Below, in pieces: positions 31,401-38,154 of a stretch of 64,000 nucleotides of DNA. The stretch is taken from the NCBI GenBank assembly GCA_012518115.1, contig JAAYTD010000005.1, forward strand, positions 155 through 64,154. Reading direction: 5' to 3'. The notes below the pieces were generated by a model. The model did not search any database. It worked only from the letters and a program-made list of their open reading frames with translations, and was not told where the DNA came from. Origin of the DNA: Ignavibacteria bacterium (GTDB lineage Bacteria > Bacteroidota > Ignavibacteria > Kapaibacteriales > UBA2268). Every line of letters starts with the position of its first letter. The stretch's first letter is position 1. A program made the position numbers and the translations under genes.

Positions 31401-32954
31401 ATACAAAACCTACCCGGAATAAGTAAACTAGAATTTCAAGCTATTTCGATTTTGAGCAATGGTGAGCCACCGATTATCAGTTTCCCACCGGGCAGCGATA
31501 ATATTACGCTGTACGGTATTGTCAATTTCCGCCCTTATACTATAGAAGCATACAAAGATGCCTTTACAGTGAACGGCGCTCTTGATTTTGGATTGCCTCG
31601 CATTCCTAATGGAATAAATTACAAGCTGGAATATACTAAGCCAAGCAATTCTATTAAATTCAGACTAATTCCAAGTGACGTAAAATTCGATGCTCCGGGC
31701 TATACCAAATTTGAATCAATAGCTACTCAAGATAAACAAGAAATGAGTATGGGGCAAGTCAAGCTTTATGGTAGAATATACGAGCCCGGAAAACTTGATC
31801 CTATTAGTGTAGTGCTGACAAAGAAGATAGAAAAGAAAGAAATGGAGTATTCTCTCTCGAAGAATCCAAATGTAGGAGAGCAATTCATTTTAATGAATGG
31901 AGATCAAAACAAGTTCAGAATAGAAGCTTCAAATATGATGCGAACAGGAAGCACTATTCAAAATTCTATAATGGCGAATCCGGATAATGACTGGGATTTA
32001 TTAAGGCTTACTCTGAAACCTGTGGGTAAACTTGCTGATGACAGTTTTGGAAATAAAGAGCTATATTTTGCAGTACACGGTGATATTAAAACAGATGAGA
32101 CAGTATCAAACCAAACAATTGAGCCCCCACAGCCTGAAGGCTCGAAAATTAGTTTTGGTGATTTTGTTATGGTTTTCAATTTGCAGGAGCCTTCGTTTTA
32201 TGGCTCAATGAATATACCTGAAAAGTCTTTTGGAGCGGTAAAATTTGGTGGTACAGCAGAAATAAAAATTGATCCACACGGATTTTATTTTGTAGGAGCT
32301 GGACTTGGTGATGTGCCTCCATTAGGAGCTTTTGGCATAGGTATGATCATAGGCGATTATAAAAAAGGTGGCTTTTTGGGTGGCGTGCCTGAAAGTGCAA
32401 TTTCTAAAGTTACTCAATATTCAATAGGTAAGGGCTTACCTTGTGCATTTGAGAAATCAACTACATTTCAGGGCGTATTTATTACCGGAAAGAAATCTAT
32501 TCCCGGTTTATATTACAATGAATCAGTAAATGTATTTGTAGGAACTGCTTCAGTACATACAGATGCTGGAATGGATGCGAGTGCATGGTTTAAATTTGGC
32601 GGAAGTGGTGGTATTGCAGGAGGCGTGGCAATGACAATGTTCGCAATAGCAGAACTTAAATTAGAAGCTATTACCTGTACGACACTTGAGGCTGGAGCAA
32701 AAGCAATTGCAAAAGCTACAGCTGAATTTCAAAACAAAAACTTTTCACTGGGTTTGTGTGCCAGTTTAGAGGTGTATGGAAGCATTCAGCAAAAAGTTCC
32801 TCCTATGATTGGCGCACCTTGCGACTCGGGAGTTGTATTATTCGAATTTGGAGGAACTTTTATTAAATTAAGAGCTGATATAGGATTTAGTTCGTCGAGT
32901 GGATTAAGTGTGTCTTTCGGTAAAGGTTCTTGTGAGACGAATAAATGTGATTAA
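25434..32954 (+). CDS. Giant secreted protein (2506 aa), N-terminal TANFOR-like domain plus FN3/carboxypeptidase-regulatory-like modules
   Basis: Signal peptide, then QEYPIEVTLQIPPPYSPYIVDY...L.EGNY.IC...CINIPV (resembles the TANFOR domain), then PQLVMP..FTW..EY.LQL..YAWRV. Gly-rich beta C-terminus; no T9SS CTD. Confidence 0.7.
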   Translation: MRKFVKNNIFRMKYLHVLFFVLLINIPAISQEYPIEVTLQIPPPYSPYIVDYLNGTPNSVAIIRNISNSEQKIKFVGTITGDNGIKIQTNENYSPLQPLVLNPMETKVLNSATFKNYYKADNFDVSGFDKNEIIRLGTLPEGNYDICFKALDYSSGQQLSQSEPMGCINIPVEYADVPQLVMPRDLDTLYSIQMAQPPTVFTWIAPTSLSMGNFEYNLQLLEMPDATADPNTVMGAATQFLIDRKTNATSYITTPSDPKFIPGKMYAWRVVVSDKFNKIKFRNNGISIAWKFFYLDQVVSSGSTSDTLTPALGSSDTDPKACNIKILVPDIGNVNENTEVQEKIKMLEKTKLQENKLVHLTNNEKVKKNFNFNDNIPIIAVNNLNDFYVMWENTAKPAEHESYKINIFDLQDNLIFSYLKTDLNDTNYLFGKIPNVHFLQRSKNEMYMLKDQELYNLQIVQIESASDSIINLSEKRQFRYVIMADSVSSNKKIYNISGKIVYKFQDSPEEYPANLENIQLEKFIMIKNATTGAIIADGISPLKYGITEKNTITIPVDEDGAFNAPFSAADGSGDISELIKGTQNQSSQNKSPVNQTPKDQLTTNLHIYGDNKYYEYYVLKLNNPHYVEPNIRVELNSDSMQLGTISTYVWSYTLKLKITQGYKYGNLKLTDFKDYDFTCVMIRPNYTQQHRKQIPFYEGDITKPDQYGDFGTYKYVYDQGEQSGRKATVTQEKDENGKIQTYLTFKNLLINLNDAERYEIKIYSKYKKPTAIGKGQNGEGTRTLSFKPSIHHKFLSANNKKYNFHLKTTCNLIVDGYPTASLSGKLVYRDPGNPKATIKPIANTWIGLIVTYYVQDANNNKTILDPYHVLQEAKDNKNKACQTWAGSLTNPIEYAASVDDSLEHPFKDGNTLIAWTYTNNDGSFLFKDFKHLDSLKTWDEKRYFVSSGSHESQAGVYIDGKVVRTVRLVFPNFQKKYFYAPSNDIQIQPFDSMDVGTLTAYLRTYNLTVKPVKSCTDNEEKDKGGAIRKAKVKIERKYDIPDYEVKFQSDKIELGEKYVEGGDGVTFYGLFMHNKGSFNDGYKITTKTNDTIGEYSYKPSVIEFPRGYEEWKKSCDYINKPYDKYSEDNRNKKSLDSLYGRKISDYLFVEDYVPINYSINVYLEPKQPIISGRILDASNPMRSVESGVVGIRRYKQNGGLTLEYKNIGENKYNGYFVFQNLETSPKEKYKLTVEAKGYYLYGTKEIDKNGDTSAMKSINIGSYIPQGQNDYITLSKGQQVHYAQILMMPKGRITGKIIDEDGKPVKCYVRTSRSSMQETIFSLMDFVAQGASQRFSLRVPTGVYDTLFIFPKDLKYFNDTVLIKPLKDVVDATLDMGTIVVKERRHRIVVNVYRKSNPGENSALTHVSDVVPLSNIEVKILDYRQTTSGHGKAEFNFKNASQKNFWVKITPPKGSIYMPMEATIENEESKTNTTYIFTLKKGFTAKGKVEINSTNGSKIPAKNATVFASFGDIQVKTQTDSTGYYSLYGIPTSMVIDFHQKKRYQHVKIKCIPSENDKSSGIMGCDSAIYFDMNSEETPKTVDFTLASFDKANISRLNGFNVNIYSIKPKDGYSDRFDISGTIDLNSGLDNFTLLDTAKLIKFTDMYVSLSKEKDRNGKPYLTVPDNGGTLDIVSLRTVLKGNKSLIFSHATYDYNILINPAADNKLRIIRIDDKSGKISAKARIVDNSFNFPGSYFRFNDEQFYLSEKTGNNSFSQYLDVFSTNTSKKSNSGTDNTNSGIKNINKNMNVEVNNTNSVINKTRDNYYFSDEQGKTLKFKFLNFNATSEEKESYIDNIGNITIKPVAKSNIRLDPTNPKSVKIIKVDLPSIVINSEGISCSGKIKEISIDLEKWKIIARDCDVSPELGGIYSTKAKISTGSLDIDIAEFNLRSDFMFLGKPNLSYLPLGDVSRINITKGSQIFFGLDPRCGNDLGTHYKLTVCNERCAGYIQNLPGISKLEFQAISILSNGEPPIISFPPGSDNITLYGIVNFRPYTIEAYKDAFTVNGALDFGLPRIPNGINYKLEYTKPSNSIKFRLIPSDVKFDAPGYTKFESIATQDKQEMSMGQVKLYGRIYEPGKLDPISVVLTKKIEKKEMEYSLSKNPNVGEQFILMNGDQNKFRIEASNMMRTGSTIQNSIMANPDNDWDLLRLTLKPVGKLADDSFGNKELYFAVHGDIKTDETVSNQTIEPPQPEGSKISFGDFVMVFNLQEPSFYGSMNIPEKSFGAVKFGGTAEIKIDPHGFYFVGAGLGDVPPLGAFGIGMIIGDYKKGGFLGGVPESAISKVTQYSIGKGLPCAFEKSTTFQGVFITGKKSIPGLYYNESVNVFVGTASVHTDAGMDASAWFKFGGSGGIAGGVAMTMFAIAELKLEAITCTTLEAGAKAIAKATAEFQNKNFSLGLCASLEVYGSIQQKVPPMIGAPCDSGVVLFEFGGTFIKLRADIGFSSSSGLSVSFGKGSCETNKCD

Positions 32955-33010
32955 TCAAGTATTATTATATTAAATTTAATTGAAACCAAATAAATTATAA
33001 TGTTAAAGAT

Positions 33011-35050
33011 ATGAAAACAGTAATAAAATTAATAGGGATATTGGCAATAACATTTATTTTTTCATGCAACTGTATATTTGCTCAAAATAATTATCCTCGA
33101 CTAACTATATGTAAAGATGGTATCTTTATAGAATGTGGGAATGAAATTCCTCGCAACTTCAGCTATAAAATACAGAAAACTTTTACAGGAAAAGAAGAAT
33201 GGGAAGACTTGGTTATACTTCATTTTAGCGGTGATAAGCAAGTATTTTTTAATGATTTATATAATTTGCAAGAAACAATTGACTTTAATTTTCTCTTTAA
33301 CCAATCTTTTGATGATCAACTGTGGGATTTTATTGGTAAAACTGCCATTTCAGATTCTGTGCCTTTTGCAGGTGTAGTTCCTATTTATTTAGCAGCTTTA
33401 AAAACAGCATATTTTGACAGCGACGTAAAATTAGGATCTGAATATAAGTATAAAGTTACACGTATTGATAATAACGCAAATTCTTTAGGTGAAAATTTAA
33501 GTAAGCCTATAAAGTTTAATGAAAAGAAAAATGATATTAAGTTAAGTAATTCAAAAGCCTTGCCCGGAGATGAAAACGTCATTTTGGAATATAAAGTGGA
33601 TTATAACGATGGCAGCTTCTACAGAGCTAAAATCTTCAAATCTGTTTACTTGCAAACAGATTTTGAGGATGCTGGATTAAGTGCAGGTATTTCAAGCAGA
33701 GAAGGAAATCTTATCATTTCCTGTACGGACACTAATGTTCGTGAGGGAAGGATATATTTATATTTCGTAGTGCCTTACGATAAATTCGGAAATGCAGGAG
33801 CTCCATCTGACACGGTTAGAGTAAATAACACTTCATCAAATTCTAAATCAATAGCAGCAGAATTAAGAGCAATTAGCGACACAGCGAATAAAGCCATTGT
33901 ATTAACATGGAAGTATATGCAGCATAAAGATTTAGTTGGTATAAATATCTATAAATCTACAAATTACGATAAAGATTACGAATTAATTGCTAATCTATCC
34001 AAGGAGGATTCCGTCTATATAGATGGAAATGTTAATCCAATTCAGACTTATTTCTATTACATAGAAACTCAAACAGTATTTGGTAGGTCTGTTCCAAGCA
34101 CGAGAGTAATAGGAATGCTTGAAGCCGCATACAAAGCTGTAGCTCCGCATACGATAGATGCTATAAATACTGCGGACAATATAGTAAAGATTACTTGGAG
34201 TAAGCCTTCAGTAGATACCAGAGCATATTATGTTTTTCGTTCGGTAAATATGGAGGATTCAAATTTTATACAGGTTAGCAGTCAAATATTAGATGATACT
34301 AGTAATGTAATTACTTATTATGATACTGTAAATATACAAAATCTTTACTCATACTATTATGCAGTAAAATCCGAAAATACAAGTTATGATATAAGTCCTT
34401 TTTCGGAAAAAGTATCTGTCAGCATCCAAAAACCTAAAATGGATTTGCCTGTTCCTATGAATCTCAATGCACGCTCATCGGGGGATGGCTCGGTACTTTT
34501 AGTTTGGGACAATATGGAAGAAATAGATTATGCATATTCAATCGCTTCATATAAAGTTTATCGCAAAATTTTGAAATCATCAGGAGAAGATTCTACTGAT
34601 TTTGTAGAATTGAATGATTCTCAGGAAGAATTTCCGGAATTGAATAATTATTTTGAGGATAAAGATATAAAGCCCGGAATTACCTATTTGTATGCAGTAA
34701 AAACTATCGGAAAAAATGGTGAGGAAAGTGCATTATCTGCTCCTATACAAGCTTATATTCCTATTTTTAGACCACTTTCTATTCAAAACATCAGCGCCGT
34801 TAAAGTAGCTGGTAGCGAAGGGATTACACTTAGTTGGAATAAAACTTCTCAAACTAAAGTTGTAAAATATAAGATATATCGCAAAAAAGTAGGAAGTCCT
34901 CAAGAACTTATTTCAGAGTTAGAGCCGGAAACCGAGCAATATATCGATAAAACAAATCTGAATCCTAGTGATGTTTTTTATACTATTACCTGCGTGGATA
35001 AAGACGGTATCGAAAGCAGTATTGAAGAATGGAGCGGAATAGAGTATTAA
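33011..35050 (+). CDS. Secreted fibronectin type III repeat protein (cassette gene 3)
   Basis: Repeated VLTW / ITWS / LVWD / LSWN...Y.IYR...Y.D...Y.Y.V FN3 signatures; signal peptide. Confidence 0.8.
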   Translation: MKTVIKLIGILAITFIFSCNCIFAQNNYPRLTICKDGIFIECGNEIPRNFSYKIQKTFTGKEEWEDLVILHFSGDKQVFFNDLYNLQETIDFNFLFNQSFDDQLWDFIGKTAISDSVPFAGVVPIYLAALKTAYFDSDVKLGSEYKYKVTRIDNNANSLGENLSKPIKFNEKKNDIKLSNSKALPGDENVILEYKVDYNDGSFYRAKIFKSVYLQTDFEDAGLSAGISSREGNLIISCTDTNVREGRIYLYFVVPYDKFGNAGAPSDTVRVNNTSSNSKSIAAELRAISDTANKAIVLTWKYMQHKDLVGINIYKSTNYDKDYELIANLSKEDSVYIDGNVNPIQTYFYYIETQTVFGRSVPSTRVIGMLEAAYKAVAPHTIDAINTADNIVKITWSKPSVDTRAYYVFRSVNMEDSNFIQVSSQILDDTSNVITYYDTVNIQNLYSYYYAVKSENTSYDISPFSEKVSVSIQKPKMDLPVPMNLNARSSGDGSVLLVWDNMEEIDYAYSIASYKVYRKILKSSGEDSTDFVELNDSQEEFPELNNYFEDKDIKPGITYLYAVKTIGKNGEESALSAPIQAYIPIFRPLSIQNISAVKVAGSEGITLSWNKTSQTKVVKYKIYRKKVGSPQELISELEPETEQYIDKTNLNPSDVFYTITCVDKDGIESSIEEWSGIEY

Positions 35051-35109
35051 ATTTACAATTAATAATGAATAATGAATTGTTGGGGTGAGCCTTGTAGTTA
35101 CACTTTTTT

Positions 35110-35161
35110 AAAATTCCCTTTTGGAATGAAAGGGTGGCAGGCAAAGCCGAACTGGGGTAGT
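35110..35161 (+). repeat. REP-like element (family A)
   Basis: AAATTCCCTTTT...AAAGGGTGGCAGGCAAAGCCGAACTGGGGTAG. Confidence 0.7.
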
Positions 35162-35196
35162 TTTTTAAAACGATATAACTTCCATTTTACAATAAA

Positions 35197-35327
35197 CAAA
35201 AAAAGAGAGAATTGTTCCCTAGATCCTAGATTTATTCTCTCTTTTTTTATTTTCTAGCTAGCTAGTCTTTTTTCTTTTCAAAAACTAAAAATGATTGGAT
35301 GGGCAAAAAATCAAAAGAATTAACTAA
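35197..35327. repeat. Right copy of direct repeat (terminator plus functional 3' end of methyltransferase)
   Basis: Aligns with 23400-23526; AAAAAAAGAGAGAAT...ATTCTCTCTTTTTTT hairpin. Confidence 0.92.
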
Positions 35328-35828
35328 AGAATAGCCTGCCTCGCTCATTTCTTTTTTAATTACTTTAATTTTCGTATAATGAGAAGAAAATTTTATTCTA
35401 TGCCAAGAAAAACTACTATCGTAATCTATGATAACTAATTTACCATTTTCTTTAAGATATTTAGCCATATCCATAAAGTATTTTACTCGCCCCGACAGAT
35501 GATGATAAACATTGCGACTAAAAATCAAATCAAATTCAATATCTAAATTTAGAATTTCTTCCGGCTTTGATAGTATGCATTTCATATTTTTATACAAACT
35601 TTGTTGATTAACTTTTTCTAAATACTTAACGCAATCAATATCAGTGTCTATTCCGTAATATATTCCGTTTTTTCCTATTATATCAGAAAATTTTTCAGCA
35701 AAATATCCACCTCCGAAACCTATTTCAAGAATTTTCATATCTTCTTTTATATCTAAAGATTGTATAATTTCTTTAGATTTATTTTTCGGGTCAGCTGCTT
35801 TTTTATTATATTTTTCAATTTTTTCCAT
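35262..35828 (-). CDS. Class I SAM-dependent methyltransferase
   Basis: ILEIGFGGG motif I, FDLIFSRNVYHH, LKENGKLVIID. ATG at 35828. Confidence 0.85.
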   Translation of the reverse strand: MEKIEKYNKKAADPKNKSKEIIQSLDIKEDMKILEIGFGGGYFAEKFSDIIGKNGIYYGIDTDIDCVKYLEKVNQQSLYKNMKCILSKPEEILNLDIEFDLIFSRNVYHHLSGRVKYFMDMAKYLKENGKLVIIDYDSSFSWHRIKFSSHYTKIKVIKKEMSEAGYSLVNSFDFLPIQSFLVFEKKKD

Positions 35829-35831
35829 AAA

Positions 35832-35839
35832 CAAAGATA
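35832..35839 (-). promoter_or_regulatory. -7 promoter element (TATCTTTG) 3 nt before methyltransferase ATG
   Basis: Minus strand reads GTATCTTTG-TTT-ATG. Confidence 0.5.
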
Positions 35840-35875
35840 CAAAAAAATATTATTATAGCAAGCAAATTGAATTAT

Positions 35876-36204
35876 AAAATTCCCATTCGGAACGACTGTT
35901 GGGGCGTATCGCATACGCCCTTATTGTCTGAACCATAATTAATAGATATTAAAGGATTAGCAGGATTTTTTCAATTAGCAATGAATTGTAGAGGCAATCC
36001 TTTGTGATTGCCATTATTTAAAATTCCTCTTTGTGGAATTGTCGGGGCGTGTCGCGACACGCCCTACAAAGTTTGACAGGGTAGTCCCACACCTCCCCCG
36101 CTTCGCGGGTACTCCTCTCAAAGAGGAGAATTTTCCGCTCAGCGATGTTAGCAAAATTCCACTTTAGAACGAAGGGGTGGCAAGCAAAAATTGACGGAGT
36201 AGTT
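35876..36204 (+). repeat. Long composite REP-like mosaic
   Basis: Modules GGGCGTATCGCATACGCCC; TTGTCTGAA..AGGATT; GTAGAGGCAATCCTTTGTGATTGCC; GGGGCGTGTCGCGACACGCCCTAC; family B; family A. 35971-36086 matches 56809-56924 with 2 mismatches. Confidence 0.88.
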
Positions 36205-36209
36205 AATAA

Positions 36210-36610
36210 ATAATATTTAAAATATTACTACTACTTTCATTTTTATTTTTTCACATTTTAATTTATTTTATCAACATCATCTACGATAATTATAGATTTA
36301 AAATGTTAATATTTTTTGCATTTTTTGTTAATTTCTTTTAAAAATGTTGATTGATATTTTTTTGAACTTTATTTTCCACATAAAATCAAGAATCTTTTAA
36401 CATTTTTTCCTATTTTTTTATATTTTTTAAAAGTTATATCTTATAATAAAATATATAAGTTATAATAAAAAAATAAAATTTATAAACATATCAACAAAGT
36501 TAATAACAAGAATATATTTTAAATAAAAATTCAATTTATTTATTATTCATCTTAACAAGTCCTTAATAAATTCTTAATAAAAATAAAAATATTATGAAAA
36601 ATTCATATTG
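36210..36610. other. Candidate replication origin (oriC)
   Basis: Very AT-rich intergenic region with clustered DnaA-box-like 9-mers (TTTTTCACA 36247, TTATCAACA 36268, TTTTCCACA 36372, TTATAAACA 36480, ATATCAACA 36488, TTAATAACA 36500), about 1.4 kb from two parS sites. Confidence 0.5.
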
Positions 36611-36616
36611 TTTTTG

Positions 36617-36624
36617 TATCTTTG
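36617..36624 (+). promoter_or_regulatory. -7 promoter element (TATCTTTG) for spt-like gene
   Basis: TAnnTTTG 40 nt upstream of the ATG. Confidence 0.55.
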
Positions 36625-36664
36625 TACTTTCATTTCAACATAATAACACCAAGGAAATCAAATT

Positions 36665-37855
36665 ATGAGTTTGTTCCAAAAATGTTTCGATTTTACAAGA
36701 GCAGAAGAAGTAAAAGCTTTAAACTTATATCCTTATTTTCATCCTATAGATGCTAGTGAAGGTCCTGTTGTCAGCATTTACAATAAAAAAATGATAATGG
36801 CTGGTTCTAATAACTATTTAGGGTTAACGACGCATCCTTATGTAAAACAAAAATCTATTGAAGCTATTGAACAATATGGAACAGGCTGTTCAGGATCTCG
36901 CTATCTGACAGGTACACTATCTTTGCATAACGAATTAGAGGAAAAACTTACAAAGTTTTTAGGAACGGAAGCTGTTCTTGTTTTTTCCACTGGTTATCAA
37001 ACTTCAATGGGTACAGTAGCGGCTTTATGTGGTCGTGGTGATTATATTATTTCTGATAGAGAAAATCATGCTTGTATTCAAAACGCAGCTTTGACAGCTA
37101 AAGGAATGATGGCGGAATTTAAGCGGTACAAGCATTCCGATATGGAAGATTTAGAGCGAATTTTATCATCAATACCTGAAGAAGCAGGTAAGTTAATCGT
37201 TACAGACGGCGTTTTTTCTGTTACAGGTGAAATATGTAACTTACCAGAAATAAATAGGTTAGCTAAAAAATATGGTGCAAGAATTCTATGTGATGATGCT
37301 CATGCTATTGGTGTTATAGGTGATGGTGGAAGGGGAACTGCAAATTACTTTAATTTGGTAAAAGAAACAGACTTAGTTATGGGAACTTTTTCTAAAACTT
37401 TTGCTTCTTTAGGGGGATTTGTAGCTGGACCTGAACGAGTTATAAATTATTTGAAACATATTTCGCCCGCACTAATATTTAGCGCTAGTCCTACTCCTGC
37501 ATCTTGTGCTGCAGCTATAGCCGCTTTAGAAATTCTTGAAAAAGAACCTGAGCTTGTAACTAAATTAGTGAATAATGCAGATTATATGAGACGTAATTTC
37601 AGAGAGATGGGGTTTGAAGTTGTTGACACTCATGCAGCTATTGTTCCTGTTATTGTAGGACAAGTTGAAACAGCATTTATATTCTGGCGAAAATTATTTG
37701 ACGCAGGCATATATGTAAATGCGTTTATTCCACCAGGAGTTCCAGAAAATATGAGTATGATGCGTACTAGCTATATGGCTACTCACGAAAAAAAACATTT
37801 AGATGAGATATTAAAACAATTTGAAATTATAGGTAAAGAATTAAAATTAATTTAA
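36665..37855 (+). CDS. Alpha-oxoamine synthase, most like serine palmitoyltransferase (BioF/Kbl family)
   Basis: YPYF N-terminus, [29 protein letters not shown]-lysine GTFSKT.AS.GGF. Confidence 0.75.
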   Translation: MSLFQKCFDFTRAEEVKALNLYPYFHPIDASEGPVVSIYNKKMIMAGSNNYLGLTTHPYVKQKSIEAIEQYGTGCSGSRYLTGTLSLHNELEEKLTKFLGTEAVLVFSTGYQTSMGTVAALCGRGDYIISDRENHACIQNAALTAKGMMAEFKRYKHSDMEDLERILSSIPEEAGKLIVTDGVFSVTGEICNLPEINRLAKKYGARILCDDAHAIGVIGDGGRGTANYFNLVKETDLVMGTFSKTFASLGGFVAGPERVINYLKHISPALIFSASPTPASCAAAIAALEILEKEPELVTKLVNNADYMRRNFREMGFEVVDTHAAIVPVIVGQVETAFIFWRKLFDAGIYVNAFIPPGVPENMSMMRTSYMATHEKKHLDEILKQFEIIGKELKLI

Positions 37856-37884
37856 GTACAATATAATACACAATTTTTACATCT

Positions 37885-37938
37885 TTCGTCTTCGCTTGCT
37901 CCTTTAATAAATATAGTCTTCTTTTAAGCGAAGACGAA
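37885..37938. terminator. Inverted repeat / probable terminator between convergent spt-like gene and priA
   Basis: TTCGTCTTCGCTT...AAGCGAAGACGAA perfect 13-bp stem. Confidence 0.55.
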
Positions 37939-37968
37939 TTATTTTTAAATATATTCATTAATTCAAAT

Positions 37969-37984
37969 TGTTTCACGTGAAACA
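37969..37984. promoter_or_regulatory. parS: parS site (perfect consensus)
   Basis: TGTTTCACGTGAAACA inside a perfect 30-bp palindrome at 37962-37991. Confidence 0.9.
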
Positions 37985-37997
37985 ATTTGAATTTAGA

Positions 37998-38059
37998 CTA
38001 GCCTGACGGGGTAGTCTTTTCTACGAAGGGGTGTCAAGCGATAGCTTGACGGGGTAGTC
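37998..38059 (+). repeat. Tandem family A REP-like halves between the parS sites
   Basis: GCCTGACGGGGTAGTC then GAAGGGGTGTCAAGCGATAGCTTGACGGGGTAGTC. Confidence 0.8.
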
Positions 38060-38109
38060 TATTAACAATATATCCTTATAATTAATCCTATAAATCTCAG
38101 TTCAAAATT

Positions 38110-38125
38110 TGTTCCACGTGAAACA
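38110..38125. promoter_or_regulatory. parS: parS site
   Basis: TGTTCCACGTGAAACA matches consensus TGTTNCACGTGAAACA. Confidence 0.88.
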
Positions 38126-38154
38126 ATTCCCCGCAAAACAAACCTAAACCATAC

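Noticed and set aside
35072-35257. 61-aa ORF
   Set aside because: Made of a REP-like element and terminator sequence; no coding signature.
23400-35327. Prophage, ICE or transposon identity for the island
   Set aside because: No integrase, transposase, relaxase or phage gene, and the flanking repeat is not a tRNA.
36226-36235. TACTACTACT as DnaA-trios
   Set aside because: Only three repeats, and they lie 5' of the nearest box-like 9-mers rather than 3' as in the Bacillus unwinding system; too weak to call.
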